Shown piece by piece: positions 36,542 through 45,580 of a stretch of 64,000 nt of DNA. Source of the stretch: Polyangiales bacterium (GTDB taxonomy: Bacteria > Myxococcota_A > Polyangia > Polyangiales > JADJQN01); NCBI GenBank assembly GCA_964202905.1, contig CAXNJO010000001.1, forward strand, positions 1 to 64,000, written 5' to 3'. Numbering within the stretch: the first letter of the stretch is position 1; the number at the start of each line of letters is the position of its first letter. The notes below the pieces were generated by a model. It was not told the origin of the DNA. It did no database searches and saw only the letters and a program-made list of their open reading frames with translations. A program made the translations under genes and the position numbers.

Positions 36542-39139
36542 ATGGCCGACCCCGCCGCTCCCGCTCCTTCCGCGACGGCGCGGGCCGAAGCCCCGTTGTT
36601 CGCGCGCCTCCCGCCCGCCGACGCCTCGACGCCCGAGGCCATCCTCGACGCCTTCCTCAGCTGGGTGGAGTCGGCGGGGATCACGCTCTACCCCGCGCAG
36701 GAGCAGGCGCTGCTCGAGCTCGCGGCGGGCAAGAACGTCGTGCTCAACACGCCGACGGGCTCGGGCAAATCGCTCGTCGCCGCGATGATGTGCTTCATGG
36801 CCGTCGCCGAGGGTCGGCGCGCCTTCTACACGTGCCCGATCAAGGCGCTCGTCAGCGAGAAGTTCTTCGATCTGTGTCGCCTGCTCGGCGCCGATCAGGT
36901 CGGCATGATGACGGGCGACGCGTCGGTGAACCGCGACGCGCCCGTGATCTGCTGCACCGCCGAGATCCTCGCGAACCTCGCGCTCGCCGACGGCGATCGC
37001 GCCGACGTCGACTACGTCGTGATGGACGAGTTCCACTACTACGCCGACGCCGAGCGCGGCGCGGCGTGGCAGCTCCCGCTGCTCACGCTGCCGCAGGCGA
37101 CGTTCCTGCTCATGAGCGCGACTCTCGGTGAAACCGCGTTCTTCGAGGCCGCGCTCACGCGCCTCAACGGCCGCGAGACGGCGCTCGTGCGCGGCACCGA
37201 GCGCCCGGTGCCGCTCGCCTTCGACTACTCGGAGCGTCCGCTGCACGAGGCGATCTCCAAGCTGCTGCAGTCGGGCCGCGCGCCCATCTACCTCGTCAAC
37301 TTCACGCAGCGCAGCGCCGCGGAAGAGGCGCAGAACCTGCTGAGCACGGACTTCTGCACGAAGGACGAGAAGCGCGCGATCCAGGAGGCGCTGCGCGGCG
37401 TGAAGTTCACGAGCCCCTACGGCAAGGAATTGCAGCGTTTCCTGCGGCACGGCGTGGGCCTGCACCACGCGGGGCTCTTGCCGAAGTACCGCCGCGCGAC
37501 GGAGAAGCTCGCGCAGCAGGGGCTGCTCAAGATCATCAGCGGCACCGACACGCTCGGCGTCGGCGTGAACGTGCCGATCCGCACGGTGCTCTTCACGCGG
37601 CTCTACAAGTACGACGGGCAGCGCACGGCGCTGCTCTCGGTGCGCGACTTCCAGCAGGTCGCAGGGCGCGCGGGGCGCAAGGGCTTCGACGAGCAGGGCT
37701 GGGTCGTCGCGCAGGCGCCCGAGCACGTGATCGAGAACATGCAGGCCGAGAGCAAGGCCGCCGGCGACGCGAAGAAGCTGCGCAAGCTCGTGAAGACGAA
37801 GCCGCCCGACAAGTACGTGCATTACGACAAGGCGACCTTCGACCGGCTGCAATCGCTGCCGCCCGAGCCGCTCACGAGCCGCTTCGCCGTGACGCCCGCG
37901 ATGATGCTGCACGTGCTCGGTCGCCCCGGCGGCGAGGGCTGCGCGGCGATGAAGACCCTCCTCCGTGATTGTCACGACACGCCGGCGCAGAGGCGCGCGC
38001 ACGGCCGCACCGCGCGCAGCCTGCTCCGCTCGCTGCACGACGGGCGCATCCTCGACCTCGTGCCGCGCCCCGGCGCGCCGCACCTGCGCGAGCTGGTGGT
38101 GCGCGCGTCGCTCGGCGAGGACTTCTCGCTGAGCCGCACGCTCTCGCTCTACGTGCACGAGACGCTGCCGCGGCTCGATCCGTCGTCGGCGACGTACGCG
38201 CTCGACGTGCTCACGCTCGTCGAGGCCACGCTCGAGAGCCCGGACGTCGTGCTCTACGCCCAGCTCTCCAAGCTCAAGGGCGAGAAGGTCGCAGAGCTGA
38301 AGTCGCAGGGCGTCGAGTACGACGAGCGCATGGCCGAGCTCGAGAAGCTCGAGCACCCGAAGCCGCTGCGCGACTTCGTCTACGAGACGTTCAACGACTT
38401 CCGCGCGCGGCACCCGTGGGTCGGGCAGGAGAACATCAAGCCGAAGTCGATCGCGCGCGACATGGTCGAGCAGTTCCTCTCCTTCCACGAGTACGTACGC
38501 GAATACGAGCTGCAGCGCGCGGAAGGCACGCTGCTGCGGTATCTGACCGACGCCTACAAGGCGCTCGTGCAGACCGTGCCCGAGGGCGCGCGGACGGCGG
38601 AGATCGACGACGCGATCACGTACCTCGGCGCCGCCGTGCGGGGCACCGACGCCTCGCTCATCGACGAGTGGGAGCGGCTGCGACGCGGCGACGAGGCGGA
38701 GATCCTCGCGGCCGAGGCCGAGCGCGAAGACCCGAACGCGACGCCCGCGGCCGCCGACATCACGCGCGATTCGCGGGCCTTCACGGTGCTCGTACGCAAC
38801 GACGCGTTCCGTCTGGTGCGCGCGATCGCGCGGGGCCGCTGGGACGGCGCGGCCGAGGTGCTCGCCGAGAGCGACCCGCCCTGGACGGCGCCGCGCCTCG
38901 CCGACGCGATGCGCGCGTATTTCGCGGAGCACGCGTTCTTGCGCACGGACCCCGACGCGCGTCTGCCGAGCCGCACGACGATCGCGCCGAGCGAAGACGG
39001 GCGCAGCTGGCAGGTCGCGCAGGTGCTCTGCGACGAAGAAGACGCGACGGACTGGGCGCTCGTGCTGCACGTCGACCTCGAGCGCTCGCGCGCGGCGGGG
39101 CGACCGGCGATCTCGCTCCTGCGCGTCGAGGGCGGCTGA
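36542..39139 (+). CDS. Ski2/HelY-like DEAD/DEAH helicase with DUF3516-like C-terminus
   Basis: TPTGSGKS, PIKAL, MDEFH, SAT, HHAG, QVAGRAGRKG. Confidence 0.9.
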   Translation: MADPAAPAPSATARAEAPLFARLPPADASTPEAILDAFLSWVESAGITLYPAQEQALLELAAGKNVVLNTPTGSGKSLVAAMMCFMAVAEGRRAFYTCPIKALVSEKFFDLCRLLGADQVGMMTGDASVNRDAPVICCTAEILANLALADGDRADVDYVVMDEFHYYADAERGAAWQLPLLTLPQATFLLMSATLGETAFFEAALTRLNGRETALVRGTERPVPLAFDYSERPLHEAISKLLQSGRAPIYLVNFTQRSAAEEAQNLLSTDFCTKDEKRAIQEALRGVKFTSPYGKELQRFLRHGVGLHHAGLLPKYRRATEKLAQQGLLKIISGTDTLGVGVNVPIRTVLFTRLYKYDGQRTALLSVRDFQQVAGRAGRKGFDEQGWVVAQAPEHVIENMQAESKAAGDAKKLRKLVKTKPPDKYVHYDKATFDRLQSLPPEPLTSRFAVTPAMMLHVLGRPGGEGCAAMKTLLRDCHDTPAQRRAHGRTARSLLRSLHDGRILDLVPRPGAPHLRELVVRASLGEDFSLSRTLSLYVHETLPRLDPSSATYALDVLTLVEATLESPDVVLYAQLSKLKGEKVAELKSQGVEYDERMAELEKLEHPKPLRDFVYETFNDFRARHPWVGQENIKPKSIARDMVEQFLSFHEYVREYELQRAEGTLLRYLTDAYKALVQTVPEGARTAEIDDAITYLGAAVRGTDASLIDEWERLRRGDEAEILAAEAEREDPNATPAAADITRDSRAFTVLVRNDAFRLVRAIARGRWDGAAEVLAESDPPWTAPRLADAMRAYFAEHAFLRTDPDARLPSRTTIAPSEDGRSWQVAQVLCDEEDATDWALVLHVDLERSRAAGRPAISLLRVEGG

Positions 39140-39187
39140 CGTCGCGCTCCGCACCGGGAGCGCGGATCGCCCATCAACACAAAGGGT

Positions 39188-40489
39188 TCAGCCGTCGACG
39201 CCGCGGAGCGCGACGAGCGCGCGCACGGCCGCGCGGGCGTCCGCGGGGAGCGGATCGGCGAAGCGCAGGCCCACGAGCGAGCCACCGCGCGCGGTGTCCG
39301 GGCGCACCCACTGCGTCTCCGTCCCCACGATCGTCGCCGCACTCGCACCCGGCGCGACGAACACGAGCGCGAGCGGCGCTCCCGGCACGGCGTCGGGCGC
39401 GTGCAGGGCGACGCCACCCTCGGAGACGTCCTCGATCCGCACTTCGATCTGCCGCCCCTCGCGCGTGCTCGTGAGCCAGCCGCGCACGGAGAAGGGCGCG
39501 CGGCGGAAGCGACGGCGCTCGCTCAGCAGCAGGATGGGCGCGGGCTCCGCGGTCTCCTCGTCTTCGCCACGGCGCGCGCGACCGAGCAGCGCGAGCGGAC
39601 GAGCGAGCGCAGCGGGCACCGCGTCGAGCAGCGCGTTGCGCAGCAGCGACACATCACCGGGGCGATCTTCCGGCTCGCGTGCGAGCGCCCGCACGAGCAC
39701 GGCGGCGAGCGCGGGCGGCACATCGGCGCGGTGCTCCCGCACATCGGGCACGGGCCGCGTCATCTGCGCGACGAGGATGTCCGCGTACATGCCCGGATAC
39801 GGCGGCCGCCCCGCGAGCAGCTCGAAGAGCGTCGCGCCGATCGCGTAGACGTCGGCGCGGCGATCGGTGGGCTTGCGCAGCGAGAGCTGCTCGGGCGCCA
39901 TGTACGAGGGCGTGCCGAGGAACGTGCCCTCCTGCGTGAGCTTGCGTCCCGCGGGCACCGCGGCCGCGGGCGCATCCGGCAGCGCGGCGATGCCGAAGTC
40001 GATGAGCTTCGCGCGCTCGTCGTTGGCGCGCGTGCGCACGACGAAGACGTTCGAGGGCTTCACGTCGCGGTGCACGAGCCCGCCGGCGTGGGCCGGGCCG
40101 AGCGCCTCGCAGAGCTCGATCGCGAGCCGCGTCGCCTCGGGCACGCCGAGCACGCCGCGACGTTGCAGGCAGGCATCGACCGTCTCGCCCTCGAGGCGCT
40201 CGAGCGCGAGATAGGGCTGCCCATCGTCGCAGCGCCCCGCGTCGAGCAGCTCGACGACGCCCGGGTGACGCGCGACCTCGAGCGCGCGCGCCTCGCGCAG
40301 GAGCCGCGCCGCGATCTCACCGTCTGGAGGCGTGCCGGGCAGCAGCACCTTCAGCGCGATCGGCCGCCCGCTGAAGACGTGCCGCACCGCGAGCACGCGG
40401 CTCATGCCGCCCTCGGCGATCAGCCCTTCGACGGCGTAGCGACCGCCGAGCGCGACACCGGCGTGCGGAGCGGGTGGCGGTGTCGGCAT
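39188..40489 (-). CDS. Ser/Thr protein kinase with C-terminal PilZ domain
   Basis: HRDVKPSN, DFG, YMAPE; PilZ motifs RRRFRR and DVSEGG. Confidence 0.88.
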   Translation of the reverse strand: MPTPPPAPHAGVALGGRYAVEGLIAEGGMSRVLAVRHVFSGRPIALKVLLPGTPPDGEIAARLLREARALEVARHPGVVELLDAGRCDDGQPYLALERLEGETVDACLQRRGVLGVPEATRLAIELCEALGPAHAGGLVHRDVKPSNVFVVRTRANDERAKLIDFGIAALPDAPAAAVPAGRKLTQEGTFLGTPSYMAPEQLSLRKPTDRRADVYAIGATLFELLAGRPPYPGMYADILVAQMTRPVPDVREHRADVPPALAAVLVRALAREPEDRPGDVSLLRNALLDAVPAALARPLALLGRARRGEDEETAEPAPILLLSERRRFRRAPFSVRGWLTSTREGRQIEVRIEDVSEGGVALHAPDAVPGAPLALVFVAPGASAATIVGTETQWVRPDTARGGSLVGLRFADPLPADARAAVRALVALRGVDG

Positions 40490-40553
40490 CAGCTGCGAGG
40501 CGGCGCGAGAACCCCGCGCGCGCTCGTTTCTCGAGAGAAAAGCGGAGTTTCGC

Positions 40554-41636
40554 TCACGGACGCACGCCCCGCGGGGGCAGCGCGGTGAAGGCGTCGCACG
40601 GCCCCTGCCGCACGCTCGTGCCGCCGACGTTCGACACCGTCGGCGCCCCCATCGTCGAGCCGTAGATGCGCACGGGCGCGTCGGTGTACGCGAGCAGCAC
40701 GCACATCTCACCGTCGTCCGCGTTGCGGTAGCGCAGGTCGAAGGACTCCGTGTTGTCGTAGCTGCACGTCATGCGGAAGCCCGTCGCGCCCATCATCTCG
40801 AAGGGCACGTCGAGCATCGCGCCGAGCGGATCGCCGACGGCCGCGTCCGTCTCGAAGATCACCTCGCCGTCGCGCGGGCCGCCGACGACCTCGAAGCGGA
40901 AGTTCGTCGCGTACTGGTGGTAGTGCGGCAGCACGTAATGGATGCGGAAATCGAGCGGCGCGCCCGTCGCGCGGGCGACGTCGCAGTCCATGGAGAGCGA
41001 CGCCGTCGACGCCGCCGGCACGAGGAAGCCCTCCTGATAGTTCAGCGAGAGCGGCTGCAGGCGCGTCGTGACCTCGGCCTCGTCGAGCAGCGTGAGGTCG
41101 AAGCCCGCGTCGGTCGTGACGGGCACGGTGTCGAAGTTGATGAGGTGCACGCCGCCCAGGATGCGGCTGTGCGGCGGGATCACGAAGGCCGCGCCCGGCG
41201 GGAACTGCTGCGTCTCGTCCTCGGCCTGCGTCGACTGTGCGAAGAACACGCCACCGAGCAGCGCGTAGCCCTCGTTGAAGCCGCGGTCGCGGCAGTTCCA
41301 CACGCCGTCCGGCCCCTCGAGCACGTCGTCGGGCACGTACATCCAGTTCGAGTGATGCCACGCCGGACCCGCGCGAAAGTGAACGGCGTTCACGTAGATC
41401 GGTTCGTCGTTGTTCAGCGTCCAGCTCATGCACGGGTAGTTCGCAGTCCCGGGGCCGAGGTCCTCGCCGGGCGCGAGGTCGACGCCCGGGAAGGTGTGCG
41501 AGGTATCCGTGAAGGGCGCGGGACCGCGGCCCGCATCGGGCGCGACGGGCGGCGGCGGCGCGGCGTCGTCGTCGCCGCAGGAGACCGAGAGCGCGAGCGA
41601 GGCGCAGAGGGCGAGTCGGAGCGCGCGGACGTTCAT
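40554..41636 (-). CDS. Copper type II (PHM-like) monooxygenase-fold lipoprotein
   Basis: Lipobox SVS-CGDD; WHHSNW, HLIN, PHYH, GEMC. Confidence 0.7.
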   Translation of the reverse strand: MNVRALRLALCASLALSVSCGDDDAAPPPPVAPDAGRGPAPFTDTSHTFPGVDLAPGEDLGPGTANYPCMSWTLNNDEPIYVNAVHFRAGPAWHHSNWMYVPDDVLEGPDGVWNCRDRGFNEGYALLGGVFFAQSTQAEDETQQFPPGAAFVIPPHSRILGGVHLINFDTVPVTTDAGFDLTLLDEAEVTTRLQPLSLNYQEGFLVPAASTASLSMDCDVARATGAPLDFRIHYVLPHYHQYATNFRFEVVGGPRDGEVIFETDAAVGDPLGAMLDVPFEMMGATGFRMTCSYDNTESFDLRYRNADDGEMCVLLAYTDAPVRIYGSTMGAPTVSNVGGTSVRQGPCDAFTALPPRGVRP

Positions 41637-41846
41637 GTCGGACCTCACGACGCGGGGTGGGTGGAAGGCGACCCGCGCTTCGGATCGAAGCCCGCGCCCC
41701 GCACGCGTTCGCCGGGGTGGGCCGCTGCTGAATGGCGGTTCATCGTGCCATGGTTTCCGGCGCGCCGGAACGCGGCGTGACACGGCCCGCACGACGCGCG
41801 GCGGGGCGCTCGCGGGGCGGCGCATCCTCGGTCAGGCTCGCGGGCG

Positions 41847-42413
41847 ATGTCGGGCGCGACGTGGATCTTCGGCTACGGCTCGCTGATCTGGCGGCCCTCG
41901 TTTCCGTTCGTCGCGCGGCGGCGCGCGGTGCTCGCGGATCATGCGCGGCGCTTCTGGCAGGGCTCGACGGATCACCGCGGCCTGCCCGGTGCGCCGGGGC
42001 GCGTCGTCACGCTGATCGAGGCGCCGGGCGAGTCGTGCGTGGGCGTCGCGTACGCGATCGACGCGGACGCGCGGGACGCCGTGCTCGCGCACCTCGACGA
42101 GCGCGAGCAGGGCGGGTACGTGCGCGGCGAGGCGGCGCTCGCGCTGAGCGACGCGGACCTCGCGCGCGCCGGCGCCGTGCCAGCGGAGGTCGTGCGCGCG
42201 GTCGTGTACCGCGCCGACCCGACGTGCGTCGAGTGGCTCGGCGATGCGCCCCTCGGCGCGATGGCCGCGCAGATCCGCGCCGCGCGCGGGCCGAGCGGCC
42301 CGAACCACGAGTACGTGCTGCGCCTCGCGGAGGCCCTGCGGGCGCTCGACGCCGACGACGCGCACGTCGAGGCCCTCGCCGCGCTCGTCGCGGGCGACAC
42401 GTCCGCGCGCTGA
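41847..42413 (+). CDS. chaC: ChaC-like gamma-glutamylcyclotransferase
   Basis: WIFGYGSLIW, DHRG..PGRVVTL, LDEREQGGY, GPSGPNHEY. Confidence 0.9.
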   Translation: MSGATWIFGYGSLIWRPSFPFVARRRAVLADHARRFWQGSTDHRGLPGAPGRVVTLIEAPGESCVGVAYAIDADARDAVLAHLDEREQGGYVRGEAALALSDADLARAGAVPAEVVRAVVYRADPTCVEWLGDAPLGAMAAQIRAARGPSGPNHEYVLRLAEALRALDADDAHVEALAALVAGDTSAR

Positions 42414-42585
42414 CCGCCCCGCGCATCGCGGCGCACGCGGCCGCGCGCGGGCCGCCGCGCCCATCGCGCACGGCGCTTCGCCGCGGAGGCCGGAACGCGT
42501 CGCGTCGCGGAGGCCGAATCGTGGGTGCCGCGTCGAATGCGCCGCCCGCATCACGCGGCGCACGAACGCGCCTAGACTCCCGCGC

Positions 42586-44376
42586 ATGCTGCGCGCCGGC
42601 CTCGCGAAGGCGGAGATCACCGCATGGGAGCCGGGCCTCCTGCTGCTCGGCTGGGGGCAGTACGACAACGTCGCCGAGGGTGTGGCCGAGCCGCTCTTCG
42701 CGCGCGCGCTCGTGCTGGAAGACGCCGCGCGGAACGAGCGCGTCGCGTACGTCTGCGTCGATCTGTGCTTCGTGACGCAGTCCGTGCGCGACGCGGTGCT
42801 CGCCGCGCTCACACGCGAGGACGCGGCGCTCGGGCTCACGGCGCGCAGCGTGATGCTCACCGCGACGCACACGCACAGCGGGCCGAGCGGCTACGCGCAC
42901 GAGGTCTATTACACGCTGATGACGGGCGGCTTCGTGCCGCGGGTGCACGCCGCGATCGTCGCGGGGATCGTGCGCGCGATCCGCGAGGCTGCGGCGCGTA
43001 TGGAGACCGCCCGCCTGCGTGTGGCGGCGGGCGCGATGCCCGGCCCGGCGATCGCCTTCAACCGGGCGCTCGGGCCCTATCTGCGCAACCGCGGCGCGCG
43101 GCACGTCCCGCGCGATCGGCCCGCGCTCGGCGTCGACCCGACGCACACCGTGCTGCGCATCGAGGACGCCGCGGGGAGACCGCTCGGCGCGCTCAGCACG
43201 TTCCCGCTGCACGGCACCTGCGTGCACGCCGATCACCGCGTGATCCACCCGGATCACAAGGGACTCGCGGCCGAACGTCTCGACGCGATCGCGCGGGCTC
43301 GGCTCGGCGCAGGCCCCGATTTCGTGGCGATCTTCGCGCAGGGCGCGGCCGGCGACGTCACGCCCAACGGGCGCGCGAGCCCGTCACGCGGCGTGCACGT
43401 CGGCCCGTCCGACGACGACTTCGAGAGCGCGCGGTGCATCGCCGAGGCGCAGGCCGCGCACGCCGCCGCGCTGCTCGTGCAGGCCGCGGACGAGCCGCCG
43501 CTCGAGCCGGTGCTCGCGGCGGCGTGCGTGCACGCGCAGCTCGCGGACGCCCCCGTCGACGACGATCTGCTCGACGGATTGCGCCCGGGCGCGCGCACGA
43601 CGGGCGCCGTCATCGGCCTCGCGATGGCGCACGGCACGCACGAGGGGCACGGCCCGCTCCACGCGCAGCGGCGCGCGACGTACGCGCTCGCGCGGCTGCG
43701 GCGCGCGGCGGGCCTCGACCCGAAGGTGCCGTTGCTCGAGGTCGATCGCGGCGACGACACCCGCGCCTTTGGGCTCGTCGCGACCCGCGCGCTCGCGGAG
43801 ACGGCGGCGCACATCGACGCGGTGCGCGCGGATCCGACCGTCGCGCGCTACCTCGGCTGGGCGCGCACGGGCACGCTGGGCGCAGCGCCGTGGGTCGCGA
43901 CGGTCGCGCCCGTGCAGGTCGTGCGCATCGGGCGGCTCGCGCTCGCGGGGATCCCCGGGGAGCCCACGCTCACGGCGGGCGCGCGGCTGCGGCACACGCT
44001 GCTCGGCGCGCTCGCGCCGCTCGGCGTGCGCGGCGCGATCGTGCAGGGCTACGCGAACGCGTACACCGGCTACGTCACGACGCCCGAGGAGTACGCGTAC
44101 CAGCACTACGAGGGCGGCTACACCGTCTTCGGTCCGCGCACCCTCGCCGCCCACCGCACGGCCCTGCGCCGCGCCGCGCACCGGCTCGTCAGCCCGCCGC
44201 GCGACGCGGACCGCGACGTCGTGCCCGGACCGGCCCCGCACGCCTGCCCGCCTGAGCTCCTCGCCGCGCGCAGCCGCAACCGGGACGCGGCCGGCGCCCC
44301 CGCGACGACGCCGGAAGGTGGGCCCGACGCACCTCCGATCACGGACTTGCTTGACAGCCTGCGGAGCCTGCGCTAA
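42586..44376 (+). CDS. Neutral/alkaline ceramidase family protein
   Basis: ATHTHSGP, HGT, GDVTPN, PGEPT, GYANAYTGYVTTPEEY..QHYEGG. Confidence 0.88.
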   Translation: MLRAGLAKAEITAWEPGLLLLGWGQYDNVAEGVAEPLFARALVLEDAARNERVAYVCVDLCFVTQSVRDAVLAALTREDAALGLTARSVMLTATHTHSGPSGYAHEVYYTLMTGGFVPRVHAAIVAGIVRAIREAAARMETARLRVAAGAMPGPAIAFNRALGPYLRNRGARHVPRDRPALGVDPTHTVLRIEDAAGRPLGALSTFPLHGTCVHADHRVIHPDHKGLAAERLDAIARARLGAGPDFVAIFAQGAAGDVTPNGRASPSRGVHVGPSDDDFESARCIAEAQAAHAAALLVQAADEPPLEPVLAAACVHAQLADAPVDDDLLDGLRPGARTTGAVIGLAMAHGTHEGHGPLHAQRRATYALARLRRAAGLDPKVPLLEVDRGDDTRAFGLVATRALAETAAHIDAVRADPTVARYLGWARTGTLGAAPWVATVAPVQVVRIGRLALAGIPGEPTLTAGARLRHTLLGALAPLGVRGAIVQGYANAYTGYVTTPEEYAYQHYEGGYTVFGPRTLAAHRTALRRAAHRLVSPPRDADRDVVPGPAPHACPPELLAARSRNRDAAGAPATTPEGGPDAPPITDLLDSLRSLR

Positions 44377-44379
44377 CTC
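44351..44379 (+). promoter_or_regulatory. Putative sigma70 promoter of tRNA-Gly
   Basis: TTGACA-N17-TAACTC upstream of the tRNA, overlapping the ceramidase stop. Confidence 0.45.
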
Positions 44380-44395
44380 CCCGCCTCGTTGTTTT

Positions 44396-44470
<75 letters not shown>

Positions 44471-44505
44471 TCTGAAGCAGCACGCTGACGGCCGACTCGA
44501 GCACA

Positions 44506-44615
44506 CGCTTGGTCGGCCGTTTCGCTTGGTCGGCGCGTTTCGGTTGCGAAGTCGTGTCGCTTGGCCGGCGCGTTTCGGTTGCGAAGCCGTGTCGCTTGGC
44601 CGTCGGTTCGCTTGG
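44506..44615. repeat. Short tandem repeat (35-bp unit, about 2.3 copies) after the tRNA
   Basis: tcgcttggYcggcgcgtttcggttgcgaagYcgtg at 44522 and 44557, partial at 44592, with extra cgcttgg cores on both sides. Confidence 0.75.
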
Positions 44616-44814
44616 CGGCGCGTGCGTGGCGCGCGGCTCCAGGGGCGGCCCGCGGTCGGGTCGGCCGGGGGGCGAGGCGCGTCGCGCAGGGCGGCGGCAT
44701 GCGTTGCCCCGCGGGCCCCCGAACATCGACCGGAGGGGCATTCCGGAGTAGGTTCAGCGCCCTCGTGCCCGACGCTCCCGTCGGTCTCCACGGCGTGGAA
44801 GACGGGAACCACCG

Positions 44815-45090
44815 ATGGCCGACCAATCTCCGACGATCTACGCGAACGCGAACGAGCCCACGTGGGGCCGAGCGATCATCACCGCCGAGCACGATGACCG
44901 CCGCGAGCTCGTGTTCGAGGACGGCTCGCGCCGCACCTTCCTCCGCACCAGCCGCGTCATCGTCGTCGCCGAGCTCGGCGAGGACGAGCGCGCCACCGTG
45001 CTGAAGGCCCTCGCGCGCAAGGTCCCCGCCGGCACCACGCCCGGGCCGCGCAAGAAGCGCGCGCCGAAGAAGAAGCCCGCCGCGTCCTGA
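44815..45090 (+). CDS. Small hypothetical protein with Lys-rich tail
   Basis: 91 aa with GC3-biased codons; WGRAII...ELVFEDGSRRTF. Confidence 0.6.
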   Translation: MADQSPTIYANANEPTWGRAIITAEHDDRRELVFEDGSRRTFLRTSRVIVVAELGEDERATVLKALARKVPAGTTPGPRKKRAPKKKPAAS

Positions 45091-45199
45091 GCGACGCACC
45101 GCCGCGCGACGCGCGCCGATGCCCCGGGCAGCCCCGGCGCGTCGGGAGTTCGACGTGCGCGGGCGGGCGTGAACACTCGGGCCTCTCACGGAGGTCCGC

Positions 45200-45565
45200 G
45201 TGCCCGTCGTTGTTCAATCGCTGCTGCTGCTGCTCGTCGCCAACGTCTTCATGACGTTCGCCTGGTACGGGCACCTCGACAAACTCCGCGGTTCCGCGAT
45301 GTGGGTCGCGATGTTGGTGAGTTGGGGCATCGCCTTCTTCGAATACTGCTTTCAGGTGCCGGCCAACCGCATCGGTTACGGCGCGCTGACGCTCGGGCAG
45401 CTGAAGGTCACCCAGGAAGTGCTGACGATGCTCGTCTTCATGGGCTTCTCGGCCTTCTACCTGAAGAAGCCGGTGTCGCTCGACTTCGTCTACGCGACGG
45501 CATGTCTCGGGCTGGCGGCGTATTTCGTGTTTCGCGGCGGCGGCGCGCAGCAGCCCGCGCCCTGA
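45200..45565 (+). CDS. DMT-family small membrane protein (DUF486-like)
   Basis: NVFMTFAWYGHL, SWGIAFFEY..QVPANRIG, QLKVTQEV. Confidence 0.85.
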   Translation: MPVVVQSLLLLLVANVFMTFAWYGHLDKLRGSAMWVAMLVSWGIAFFEYCFQVPANRIGYGALTLGQLKVTQEVLTMLVFMGFSAFYLKKPVSLDFVYATACLGLAAYFVFRGGGAQQPAP

Positions 45566-45580
45566 GGCCTCACCGCGCGA

